Assembly (NCBI GenBank): GCA_965223845.1
Contig: CBDCXR010000004.1
Span: forward strand, 2,944,001-3,008,000
DNA length: 64,000 bases
Reading direction: 5' to 3'
Source of the DNA: Planctomycetota bacterium
Lineage (GTDB): Bacteria; Planctomycetota; UBA8108; SXIK01
Shown here: positions 1 to 9,443 of the stretch, one piece after another
How the letters are laid out: each line of letters starts with the position of its first letter
Position numbering within the stretch: the stretch's first letter is position 1
Notes under the pieces: model-generated
What the model was told of the DNA's origin: nothing
The model's input: the letters and a program-made list of their open reading frames with translations, nothing else
Databases searched by the model: none
Translations under genes and position numbers: made by a program

Positions 1-3000
1 GGGGAGTACTTCGCGCTCGTCGAACCGGACGGCGTGAGCGTCGCCTTCGACTTCGGCGCGGCCTTCCCGCCCCAAGTGACCGACTACTCCTACGGTCTTT
101 CGCAGGGCGCATCCATTTTCACACTCGTCGACACGGCCGACGACGCGCGCGCGTTCGTGCCGTCGGGGAGCGGGCTAGGCACGCAGTGGCGTCAGATCGG
201 CTTCAACGACGCGGGCTGGAAATCCGGTCGCACCGGCGTGGGCTACGAATCGGGAAGCGGCTACGAGAGTCAAATCCGCTTGGATGTTCAAGCGGAGATG
301 CAGGACGAGAATACTACGACGTACATTCGCATCCCGTTTCGAATCGATGACGCTTCGTCGGTCTCCTCGCTCCGCTTTCGAATGAAGTACGACGATGGCT
401 ACGCGGCGTTCCTGAACGGGAATCTCATCGCCTCTCGGAACGCGCCGTCGACTCTCGGCTGGAACTCATCCGCGTCGAGCCTGCACGACGACAGCGCTGC
501 GGTGGTCTTTGAGGAAGCGCCCGTTCCCGGCGCGGCCGCGCACCTCCGCGACGGCGAGAACGTCCTCGCAATCCACGGCCTAAACGACAATCTCGGCAGC
601 TCCGATTTCTTGATTCTGCCCGAGCTCGAAGGTGTCAACGTAGGTGAGCTCGATCTCGAGTCGCGGCACTATTTCGACGAACCGTCACCCGGCGTCCCCA
701 ACTTCACCGGAGCGTCTGCGGTGAGTGCCGTCCCGACGATCTCCGAGCCGAGCGGCACGAAAACGAGCAGTTTCAACGTCGCCCTCGACGTCGCCGACGG
801 CGCGGCGACGATCCGCTACACGACGAACGGAAACGAGCCGACGGCGTCGTCGACGCGGTATACGGGCCCGATCTCGATCAGCCAGACGACCCAACTGAAC
901 GTGAAGTCGTTTACGCCCGACGCGCTTCCGAGCCCCACCGTCACGGCGAACTACATCTTTCTCGCGAGCAGCGTGCGGAGCGTGACGTCGAACCTTCCGA
1001 TCGTCTACATCGACACGTTCGGGGACGGGATCGGTAGCAGCAGCCAGACCTCAGCCTACGCGAGCATCGTCGACGTCGATCCCGCAACCGGCCGCGCGCG
1101 CATCACGGATCCGCCGAGCTTTCAGCATTTCGTCGGCATGAAGCAGCGCGGATCGAGCTCGAGCGGGTTCGCGAAGAAACAGTGGGCCTTCGAGATTTGG
1201 AACGCACCGCATGGAAACGACGAGGACGCGCCGCTCCTCGACATGCCTCCGGAATCCGATTGGATTCTTCAGGGTCCCTACTCGGACAAGTCGCTGATGC
1301 GAAACGTGCTCTCTTACGACTGGAGCAACCGTATGGGACTCTGGGCCGTACGCACGCGTTTCGTGGAGGCGTACCTGAACACCGGGGGAGGAAGCATTTC
1401 GTCCTCGGATTACATAGGCGTCTATATCTTCATGGAGAAGATCAAACGCGGTAGAGATCGGGTCGACATCGCGCGGCTTCTCGGATCGGAAAACACCGGC
1501 GACGACGTCACCGGTGGCTACATTCTCAAGATCGACCGCCTCGACCCGGGTGACTCGGGCTTCACGACGAGTCGCGGGCTCCGCCTCGCGTACGTCTATC
1601 CGAAGGAAGACCGCGTGACCGGCCCGCAGGCGAACTACATCCGGTCGTACATGAACGCGTACGAGACGGCGCTCTACGGCACGAACTACCGGAGTCCGAC
1701 GAGCGGCTACCGCCGATACATCGACCCGGCATCCTTCATCGACCACCACATCATGGTCGAGCTCACGAAAAACATCGACGGCTTCCGCTTGAGCACGTTC
1801 ATGTACAAAGACAAAAACGGGAAGCTGGCGAGCGGTCCAATCTGGGACTACAACCTCTCGCTCGGAAACGCCGACTACAACGAAGGTTGGCGCACATCGG
1901 GTTGGTACTACTCGCTCCTGAGTGGCAACTCGTACGCTTGGTATCCGCGTCTCTTTCAAGATCCGGATTTCACGCAAGAGTACGTGGATCGCTGGACCGA
2001 GCTCCGCGAGACCGTATTCCAGACGTCGGAGCTGCTCGGCAGCGTCGACGAGTACGCAGCGGAGATCGACGAAGCGCAAGCGCGCAACTTCAACCGCTGG
2101 AGAATCCTCGGCCAGGACGTATGGCCCAACTGGTTTGTGGCCGACACGTGGGAAGAGGAGATCGATTGGATGAAGGACTGGATCGCGGGTCGCGCCGACT
2201 GGATGGACAGTCAGTTCACCGCTCCCGTCAGCTTCAATCGGTCGACCGGCCTCATCTCGCCCGGATTCCGTCTGATCATGAGCTCGAGTGAATCTCCGAT
2301 TTACTACACGCTCGACGGCACGGATCCGCGCCGCTCGGGCGGTGGGTTGAGCGACAGCGCCATCCAGTACGACGGCGGCGGAGTCACGATCGATGAGACG
2401 ACCCGTGTGATCGCACGCGTGCGAAGGAGCTCATCGCGCTGGGGCGCACCGCGCGACGAAGTCTTCTACACGAAGCCGCCGCAGATCGGCATCTCGGAGA
2501 TCATGTACCACCCGCCGAATCCCGATCCGAGCGATCCCTTCGGCGACGAAGACTACGAGTTCTTCGAGATCGTCAACTTCGGCGAGGAGCCGGTCGACCT
2601 CCGCGTACTCCGGCTCGCCGGCGGAATCGAGTTCGATTTCGCCGACGGTGCGGTCGACATCCTTCAGCCCGGCGAGTACGCCCTCGTCGTCGAGAACCTC
2701 GCCGCGTTCGAAAGCGCCTACGATACGGACGGGATGAACGTCGCCGGCGAGTACGAGGGGAATCTTGCGAACGGCGGAGATTTCGTCCAAATCCTCGGTC
2801 CCCACGACCTCCTCCTCCGCGAGATCGTTTACGCCGACGCCTGGCACCCGGAGACGGACGGCGGAGGCTATTCGCTCGTGATCGTCGACGCGTGGACGAC
2901 CGGCGACGGCTGGAGCGATCCAACGAGCTGGCGATCGAGCACCGACCCCGGAGGCTCGCCCGGGAGCGAAGACCCCGGCGGCGCGGCGGGCGGGCGGCAA

Positions 3001-3276
3001 CGTCCTGGAGACGCGAATCAGGACGGTTCGCTCGACATCGCCGACGCCCTATCGCTTCTTCTCCAGCTCTTTGGCGGCGCAGCGCGTCCGCTTCCTTGCG
3101 AAGGCGCGCTCGACTCGCCGGGCAACACGGCAGTGCTCGACGTCAACGGCGACGAGGGAGTCAACGTCGCTGACGCGCTCCACCTGCTCGCGTACCTGTT
3201 TCAGAACGGCGCGCCGCCTGCGCTCGGGTCAACCTGCGTTCGCGTCGAGGGTTGTCCGAGCTCGTGCTCGTTCTGA
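1..3276 (+). CDS. Exported CotH-kinase-family multidomain protein (lamin-tail, Fn3-associated/chitobiase-C, CotH, lamin-tail, C-terminal dockerin-like domain); 5'-partial
   Basis: The frame is open from base 1 (GEYFALVEPDGV...), so the start lies upstream of the window. Motifs: CotH KQRGSSS, KNIDGFRLSTFMYK, GPIWDYNLSLGN; two IRYTTNG/IYYTLDGTDP Fn3-associated repeats; lamin-tail ISEIMYHP...YEFFEIVN; dockerin-like GDANQDGSLDIAD and DVNGDEGVNVAD. Confidence 0.88.
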   Translation, partial: GEYFALVEPDGVSVAFDFGAAFPPQVTDYSYGLSQGASIFTLVDTADDARAFVPSGSGLGTQWRQIGFNDAGWKSGRTGVGYESGSGYESQIRLDVQAEMQDENTTTYIRIPFRIDDASSVSSLRFRMKYDDGYAAFLNGNLIASRNAPSTLGWNSSASSLHDDSAAVVFEEAPVPGAAAHLRDGENVLAIHGLNDNLGSSDFLILPELEGVNVGELDLESRHYFDEPSPGVPNFTGASAVSAVPTISEPSGTKTSSFNVALDVADGAATIRYTTNGNEPTASSTRYTGPISISQTTQLNVKSFTPDALPSPTVTANYIFLASSVRSVTSNLPIVYIDTFGDGIGSSSQTSAYASIVDVDPATGRARITDPPSFQHFVGMKQRGSSSSGFAKKQWAFEIWNAPHGNDEDAPLLDMPPESDWILQGPYSDKSLMRNVLSYDWSNRMGLWAVRTRFVEAYLNTGGGSISSSDYIGVYIFMEKIKRGRDRVDIARLLGSENTGDDVTGGYILKIDRLDPGDSGFTTSRGLRLAYVYPKEDRVTGPQANYIRSYMNAYETALYGTNYRSPTSGYRRYIDPASFIDHHIMVELTKNIDGFRLSTFMYKDKNGKLASGPIWDYNLSLGNADYNEGWRTSGWYYSLLSGNSYAWYPRLFQDPDFTQEYVDRWTELRETVFQTSELLGSVDEYAAEIDEAQARNFNRWRILGQDVWPNWFVADTWEEEIDWMKDWIAGRADWMDSQFTAPVSFNRSTGLISPGFRLIMSSSESPIYYTLDGTDPRRSGGGLSDSAIQYDGGGVTIDETTRVIARVRRSSSRWGAPRDEVFYTKPPQIGISEIMYHPPNPDPSDPFGDEDYEFFEIVNFGEEPVDLRVLRLAGGIEFDFADGAVDILQPGEYALVVENLAAFESAYDTDGMNVAGEYEGNLANGGDFVQILGPHDLLLREIVYADAWHPETDGGGYSLVIVDAWTTGDGWSDPTSWRSSTDPGGSPGSEDPGGAAGGRQRPGDANQDGSLDIADALSLLLQLFGGAARPLPCEGALDSPGNTAVLDVNGDEGVNVADALHLLAYLFQNGAPPALGSTCVRVEGCPSSCSF

Positions 3277-3343
3277 CGCGGAGTCCGCCTCAGCGGGCGA
3301 ACGGTCCATCGAATGCGTCTCAGCGCGACCCTCGATGAACCAG

Positions 3344-3444
3344 GCTCTGTCTGAAAAACCCTGCTGGTCGGGGAATCCAGGCTTCTCGAGAGCCCCCTCA
3401 AGGGAATGCTCTGGCTGAAGAAGCTCCTTTTTCAAAGACAGAGC
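3344..3444. mobile_element. MITE-like 101-bp element with terminal inverted repeats
   Basis: GCTCTGTCTGAAAAA (3344-3358) pairs with TTTTTC-AA-AGACAGAGC (3428-3444), 15/15 apart from a 2-nt bulge. It lies between convergent genes and contains no credible ORF. Confidence 0.5.
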
Positions 3445-3445
3445 T

Positions 3446-4444
3446 CTACGCCGGCGGGTTTCGGTCGGAGGACTCTCCGGCCTTCTTCGACTTTTCGAGC
3501 TCCTCTTTGGCCTTCCGCTCGATCTCCTCAAGCTCCTCCGCCGGGATCTCGCGCACCGAGAGGAGCACGACGCACTCCGAGTTGGCCCTCGAGATCCTCG
3601 ACTGCGAAAGGGGAGGCTCGACGGGCTCGTAGGTCTCCTCGATGAAGTCGCCGACGACGAAGGCACGCGCGCCCGCGACCGACTGCTGCACCTCGTAACC
3701 GAGGCGAGCGAGCACGAGCTCGTTCTTCCCGACGCGAAGCTGCCCGGGCAGCGTATCGCTCGACTTCGCTCGGAGAACGACGGGCTCCTGCCACGGAACG
3801 ACTTCATGGATGTCCTCCGAGCCAACCGTCGCCAGGCAGGTTCGCGTTCCGATGAGCGAGGCCTGTCGCGCGCGGAAGTGCTGCACCTCGACCTGATCAC
3901 CCAGCGCAGTCAGCTGGAGCTCGACGACACTTCCGGTGTTGAGCACGTCGATCTTCGGCTCGAGCTCGTAGCCGGACGGCTCTTCCGCGTTCACCTTGAA
4001 GCCGACATCTCGGATGTAGGCTGCTTGCGTGACGACGAGCACGTGAGATTTCTGACCCGAGAACGTCGTCAAAAACGGCCGCGTGAGCACCGTTCCGTCC
4101 TCGCGCGCCCGAGCGAGGATCTTCTCGGCGATCTCCTTCGACACACGCGGGTAGGCCTCGCCGTCCTGGACACCGAGCGACTTCAGAAAGTGCGGGCTGA
4201 CGCGCACGATCGTCGCCTCGGCGCGAATCGCTCGCGACGTATCGACCCCGGGCGCGTCCGGGTCGAACTTCAACTCGTCGAGGTCGAGCCCGATCGGCTC
4301 GGACTGTGTAATCGAGACGACGGGTGCGAAGCCGCGCGTCTCTTTGCGATCGACGGACGCGTGCCGTGTTGATCCGCAGGAAACGATGGGGAAAACAAGG
4401 CACACGGACAAGGCCGTGACAAACGCGTGACACACCTGCTTCAT
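3446..4444 (-). CDS. Hypothetical lipoprotein with a secretin-like segment
   Basis: Hydrophobic signal peptide ending PIVSC (lipobox). VLTRPFLTTFSGQKSHVLVVTQAAYIRD...PKIDVLNTGSVVEL resembles the planctomycete secretin (GspD-like) motif. GGAGG RBS upstream. Confidence 0.65.
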   Translation of the reverse strand: MKQVCHAFVTALSVCLVFPIVSCGSTRHASVDRKETRGFAPVVSITQSEPIGLDLDELKFDPDAPGVDTSRAIRAEATIVRVSPHFLKSLGVQDGEAYPRVSKEIAEKILARAREDGTVLTRPFLTTFSGQKSHVLVVTQAAYIRDVGFKVNAEEPSGYELEPKIDVLNTGSVVELQLTALGDQVEVQHFRARQASLIGTRTCLATVGSEDIHEVVPWQEPVVLRAKSSDTLPGQLRVGKNELVLARLGYEVQQSVAGARAFVVGDFIEETYEPVEPPLSQSRISRANSECVVLLSVREIPAEELEEIERKAKEELEKSKKAGESSDRNPPA

Positions 4445-4618
4445 CTCGCAAATCCTCCGGCAAAGCAGTTAGAGACTCTCTTCTCTCGTCACCCGTTCCG
4501 AATCACTCTACGGTACGAGTATCGGCTCCTCAAGCGCTCTCGAGGACTAGACGCACGCCTCCCGGCCGGTGCGCTCACCGAATCTGCTGAGAAGGCCAGG
4601 TAAATCGTTCGCGACCGT

Positions 4619-6055
4619 TCACCGTCGCGCGAGCCATCGGCCGGCGATGACGACTAGACCCAGACCGAGCGCGACGACGGGTGGCAAAAGCGCGCCCGCA
4701 GACGCTTTCGCGAGACTCGTCACGACGACGGCAAAGGAGACCACGACGAACACGACCGCCGGAACGGGAGAGGCCGGCGAGCGGTAGACGTCAGCGTCCG
4801 GCGATCTGTTCCGGCACAGCCGAAAATACGCTACGCCGACCAGCACGAAGAATCCCCAGTCGACAAAGACGACGCTCTCGAGAAGCGACCACAGATTGAT
4901 CGACGGGAACGTCGAGGCGAGAGCGACGTAGAGGAGAGCGATGCCGGCCTGAAGAACGATCGCCACGTGGGGCGTCGCGAAGCGCGAGTGGGCCCGGTGA
5001 AAAACGCGGAAGAAGACGCCGTCCTCAGCCATCGAGTAGTACACCCTCGGAACGAGAAGCAGGTAGGCGTGAACGACGCCCGCCGAGGAGATCGCGACGA
5101 TGAGCGCGACCAAAACGTGTCCGGTCCTCCCGATGACTCGTCCGGCGGCGTCTGCGACCGGGGTACTGGTCGCGCGCAGATCATCGATTCCGAGAATCGC
5201 GACGAGAGCGACGTTGAGCGCGAGATAGAGCGCGATCACGAGACTCGTGCCGAGCACGATCGCGCGCGGGAGCACGCGACTCGCGCCGCGGATCTCTCCG
5301 GCGATGGCCGCGATCGCCTGTCCCCCGCCGTAGCTAAAGAGCGCGCCGAGGAGAGCCGGCCCAAAGGACGAGAACTGCGGTGTCCCTCCGGCGGACTCCC
5401 ATCCCGATCGGCCGCTCTCGCCCAGCAGCCAGGCGGCTCCAAGCGCAGTGACGAACACGATTCCGAGGACTTTGAGCACCATCAGCCAGTTGTGGAAGAC
5501 AGCGCCGAGCTTCACTCCCCGAACATTGATCGCCGCGAAGCCGACGATGAGTGCGACGCTGACTGCGGTCTTCGCCGCCGGAGGGAGGAACCGAGAATCC
5601 GAAGCGCCGCCGAGAACCTCTCGGAGGACGATGTCGACGTGGTCCGCGCAGACGGTCGCGATCACGGCGATGGCGGCCGAGACGACCACGACGAGCAAAC
5701 ACCACCCGAAGAGGAACGCGAGCGGAGCTCCGAACGCCTCGCGGAGGAACACGTATTGGCCGCCGGTGCGCGGGTAGCGCGCGCCGAGCTCGGCGAAGAC
5801 GAACGCGCCGGCGAGAGTCAGCCCGCCGCCGACGGTCCACGTCGACACGATTCCCGCAAGGGACGGCTGCGCGTCGGCGACGCTCGCCGGGCTGAAGAAG
5901 ATGCCGGCGCCGATGATTCCCCCCATGACGAGGAACGTCGTGTCGACGACGGTGAGGCTCGGGCGAAGCGCCTCAGAAGAGCGCGGCGCTGATTCTTGCG
6001 TCACGGGGCGATTTCGACGGGTGACTAGAGCGGACGGCGATTCGGCTCGCGGCAC
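4619..6055 (-). CDS. APC-family amino acid permease
   Basis: IIGAGIFFSP, FAELGARYPRTGGQYVFLREAFG, about 12 hydrophobic segments. The true start may be the GTG about 50 nt downstream. Confidence 0.92.
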   Translation of the reverse strand: MPRAESPSALVTRRNRPVTQESAPRSSEALRPSLTVVDTTFLVMGGIIGAGIFFSPASVADAQPSLAGIVSTWTVGGGLTLAGAFVFAELGARYPRTGGQYVFLREAFGAPLAFLFGWCLLVVVVSAAIAVIATVCADHVDIVLREVLGGASDSRFLPPAAKTAVSVALIVGFAAINVRGVKLGAVFHNWLMVLKVLGIVFVTALGAAWLLGESGRSGWESAGGTPQFSSFGPALLGALFSYGGGQAIAAIAGEIRGASRVLPRAIVLGTSLVIALYLALNVALVAILGIDDLRATSTPVADAAGRVIGRTGHVLVALIVAISSAGVVHAYLLLVPRVYYSMAEDGVFFRVFHRAHSRFATPHVAIVLQAGIALLYVALASTFPSINLWSLLESVVFVDWGFFVLVGVAYFRLCRNRSPDADVYRSPASPVPAVVFVVVSFAVVVTSLAKASAGALLPPVVALGLGLVVIAGRWLARR

Positions 6056-6268
6056 CCTACTCGATCCCTCGAATCGATGCAGCGCCCCGCCCCCACGCGT
6101 CTCGTCCGATGTACGCCGAACGGATCGCGTCGAACGCTCCCGAACATTGGCAACGCCTGGCGCTTGTGGGATGATGACCGGCTCTGCAGGCCGTGGTCGT
6201 TCTCGTTCGTCTGAACGCCTGCGCTATCCCGTCCCGGTGGTCACTCCGTCTCGCGCGCGTCCGAGGTC

Positions 6269-9200
6269 ATGTACCGCAAGATCGCCCTTCCGCTCTCGTT
6301 CGCGGTCCTTCTCGCCGGCGTAATTCGCGCTGACGACGAAGGGCGTCCCGCGCCCGACTTCAACCGCGACGTGCGGCCGATCCTGTCGGACCGCTGCTTC
6401 AAGTGCCACGGCCCGGATGAGGACGATCGACAGGCCGGGCTCCGTCTCGACGTCCGCTCCGCGGCGACCGCGAAGGACGGCGGGCGCGCAGCCATCTCTC
6501 CGGGAAGCCCGGAGACCAGCGAGGTGTATCGGCGGATCACCTCCGCCGACCCGGATGAGCGCATGCCGCCCCCCGAATCGAAGCTTCGCCTCACTGCAGA
6601 GGAGGTCGACATCCTTCGGCGGTGGATCGAGGCCGGCGCCGAGTACGATGCCCATTGGGCGTTTCGGGCGGCCTCCGACGTGACGCCACCGAGTCCGTCC
6701 GGGATTCCGGCGCACTGGACCGAGAGCGCGATCGATCGTTTCGTGTACGGGAAGATCGCCGAGCGGAACTGGGCTCCCCGCCCGGAAGCCTCACGCGAAC
6801 GCTTGATCCGCCGGCTATCGTTCGATCTGAACGGTCTCCCGCCGACACCGGAGGAAGTCGCGGCCTTCGTCGCCGATCCGGGACCCGACGCGTACGAGAA
6901 GCTCGTCGATCGCCTTCTCGCATCACCGAGATACGGCGAACGGATGACCGCCAACTGGCTCGACGTGTCCCGCTACGCCGACTCGTACGGATTTCAAGTC
7001 GACCGCGACCGCTTCGTGTGGCCCTGGCGCGACTGGGTGATTCGAGCGTTCAACGACAACCTCCCGTTCGACGAGTTCATCACTTGGCAGCTCGCGGGAG
7101 ACCTCCTCCCCGACGCGAGTGACGATCAGATCCTCGCGACCCTCTTTAATCGACTCCACTCACAGAAGACCGAGGGCGGAAGCGTGCCGGAGGAATTCCG
7201 GGTGGAATACGTCGCCGACCGCCTGCACACCTTCGGCACCGCGTTCCTGGGCCTCACTCTCGAGTGTGCGCGTTGCCACAGTCACAAGTTCGATCCCATC
7301 TCGACGAAGGAGTACTACCAGCTCTTCGCGTTTTTCAATCAGATCGACGAGGCCGGACTCTACGCGTTCTTCGGAAACTCCGTTCCGACACCGACGCTGA
7401 AGCTCGCGAGCGACGCACAGAAGCGGGAGATCGCGCGCATTGAGGAGGAGATCCGAGCCGCCGAGGCGGAGCTGGAAGCGGTCGCGGAAAGCCGTCGCGC
7501 GCCATTCGAGAGCTGGCTCGACGTGCGACCGGACACCGCACCGCCGCGTGGGCTCCTCGCTCATCACTCGTTCGACGAGCTGCTCGAGTCCCGGAAGGTA
7601 GCCAATCTGGCGGACCCAGCGAAACCGGTGTCCATCTCGCGAAACGAGCTCGTCCCGGGCCGGCACGGCAGCGCGGTCCGGCTGACCGGCGACGACGCGG
7701 TCGGCCTGGGGGTCGGCAACTTTCCGCGCTATCAACCGTTCTCCATCGCGCTTTGGCTCCGCAGCTCTGACCACAAGGAACGAGCGGTCATTTTTCACCG
7801 TTCGCGCGCGTGGACGGACTCGGGCAGCCGCGGCTACCAACTCCTCCTCGAGGACGGTCGTCCGAGCGCGTCGTTGATCCACTTCTGGCCGGGAAACGCG
7901 CTGCGCGTTCGGACTCGCGCGGCGGTCGAGCCCGGACGCTGGACGCACGTCGCGATGACGTACGACGGCTCGAGCCGGGCGGACGGTCTCAAAATCTACG
8001 TCGACGGCGAGCTCGCTCCGACCGATGTCGTCCGCGACAAGCTGACGAAGAACATCACCGGCACGGGCGGCGACACCATCGCGATCGGCGAACGCTTTCG
8101 CGACCGCGGCTTCAAGGATGGCGAAGTCGACGAGTTCTACGTCTTTGAGCGCGAGATGACTCCGCTCGAGATCGCGCAGCTCTACGACGGCGATCGACTC
8201 AAGGCGGTGCTCCAGCGCCCGCGCGCGGAGCTCGCACCGGCCGAACGGAGCGGACTGTTCGCGTATTTTCTCCACGCCTTCGACGAACCGTTTCGCGCGA
8301 AGCTCGCCGTCGTGCGCTCCAAGCGCGAAGCGCGCAGCAAGGCCGTCGACGGACTGCGCGAGCTGATGGTGATGCGCGAGCTCGTTCCGCCGCGGAAGAC
8401 GTTCGTCCTCGAACGCGGACACTACGCTTCACCTACCGAGGAGGTGAACGCGGGCACTCCCGCGGTGTTCCCACCGCTCGGAGATTCGGATCGCGGGGGC
8501 GAGCCGAATCGTCTCGACCTCGCGAAGTGGCTCACGCGGCCCGACCATCCGCTCACGGCACGCGTCACCGTCAATCGGATCTGGCAGCTCTTCTTCGGCT
8601 CAGGACTCGTCGCCACGGCGGAAGATTTCGGAAGCCAGGGAGCACTCCCGTCTCATCCGGCGCTTCTCGACTGGCTCGCGCGGCGGTTCGTAGAGAGCGA
8701 CTGGGACGTCAAGGCGCTCGTGAGGACGATAGTTCTCTCCGCGACATATCGACAGGATTCGACGGCGGACCGAGAGGCGTATCGTGCCGACCCCGACAAC
8801 CGCTGGCTCGCGCGCGGACCGCGCTACCGCCTTCCGGCGGAGATGATCCGCGACAACGCCCTCGCGGTGAGCGGGCTCCTCGTCGAGCGCATCGGCGGCG
8901 CCCCGGTGAAGCCCTACGAGGTCGCAGTTTCATTTAAGCCGGTCGCGCGAGGGAAGGGAGACGATCTCTACCGCCGGAGTGTCTACACGTACTGGAAGCG
9001 CACGGCGCCGGCGCCGTCGATGCTCGCCCTCGATGCGGTGAAGCGAGAGGTCTGCTCGGTCAAACGCGAGACGACTGCGTCCCCACTTCAGGCGCTCGTC
9101 CTTCTGAATGATCCGCAGTTCGTCGAGGCGGCGCGGGTTACCGCCGAGCGAGTCGAGCGGATGGGTGGAAGCGTCGAGGAGAAGATCACTCGTCTCTTCG

Positions 9201-9424
9201 TGCTCGCAACCAGCCGATTCCCGGCGGCGCGCGAGCTCGAGATCCTTCACCGACTCTACGACGAAGAGCTCGCGGCGTTTCAGGCCGAGCCGAAGCGGGC
9301 GCGCGAGTTTCGCAGCAACGGCGAAGCCCCCGCTGACGACACCTTAGACCCACCGAGGGTCGCGGCTCTCGGAGTCGTCGCGTCGAGTCTCCTCAGCTAC
9401 GATGAGTGCGTGATCAAACGCTGA
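6269..9424 (+). CDS. Planctomycete cytochrome c / DUF1549 / LamG / DUF1553 (PSD1) protein
   Basis: Signal peptide; DFNRDVRPILSDRCFKCHGPD; YGERMTANWLDVSRYADS; CARCHSHKFDPI; inserted LamG domain (WTHVAMTYDG...GEVDEFYVF); HPLTARVTVNRIWQ; PLQALVLLNDPQFVEAAR. Confidence 0.93.
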   Translation: MYRKIALPLSFAVLLAGVIRADDEGRPAPDFNRDVRPILSDRCFKCHGPDEDDRQAGLRLDVRSAATAKDGGRAAISPGSPETSEVYRRITSADPDERMPPPESKLRLTAEEVDILRRWIEAGAEYDAHWAFRAASDVTPPSPSGIPAHWTESAIDRFVYGKIAERNWAPRPEASRERLIRRLSFDLNGLPPTPEEVAAFVADPGPDAYEKLVDRLLASPRYGERMTANWLDVSRYADSYGFQVDRDRFVWPWRDWVIRAFNDNLPFDEFITWQLAGDLLPDASDDQILATLFNRLHSQKTEGGSVPEEFRVEYVADRLHTFGTAFLGLTLECARCHSHKFDPISTKEYYQLFAFFNQIDEAGLYAFFGNSVPTPTLKLASDAQKREIARIEEEIRAAEAELEAVAESRRAPFESWLDVRPDTAPPRGLLAHHSFDELLESRKVANLADPAKPVSISRNELVPGRHGSAVRLTGDDAVGLGVGNFPRYQPFSIALWLRSSDHKERAVIFHRSRAWTDSGSRGYQLLLEDGRPSASLIHFWPGNALRVRTRAAVEPGRWTHVAMTYDGSSRADGLKIYVDGELAPTDVVRDKLTKNITGTGGDTIAIGERFRDRGFKDGEVDEFYVFEREMTPLEIAQLYDGDRLKAVLQRPRAELAPAERSGLFAYFLHAFDEPFRAKLAVVRSKREARSKAVDGLRELMVMRELVPPRKTFVLERGHYASPTEEVNAGTPAVFPPLGDSDRGGEPNRLDLAKWLTRPDHPLTARVTVNRIWQLFFGSGLVATAEDFGSQGALPSHPALLDWLARRFVESDWDVKALVRTIVLSATYRQDSTADREAYRADPDNRWLARGPRYRLPAEMIRDNALAVSGLLVERIGGAPVKPYEVAVSFKPVARGKGDDLYRRSVYTYWKRTAPAPSMLALDAVKREVCSVKRETTASPLQALVLLNDPQFVEAARVTAERVERMGGSVEEKITRLFVLATSRFPAARELEILHRLYDEELAAFQAEPKRAREFRSNGEAPADDTLDPPRVAALGVVASSLLSYDECVIKR

Positions 9425-9443
9425 AGCCACGAAGTCGAAAACG

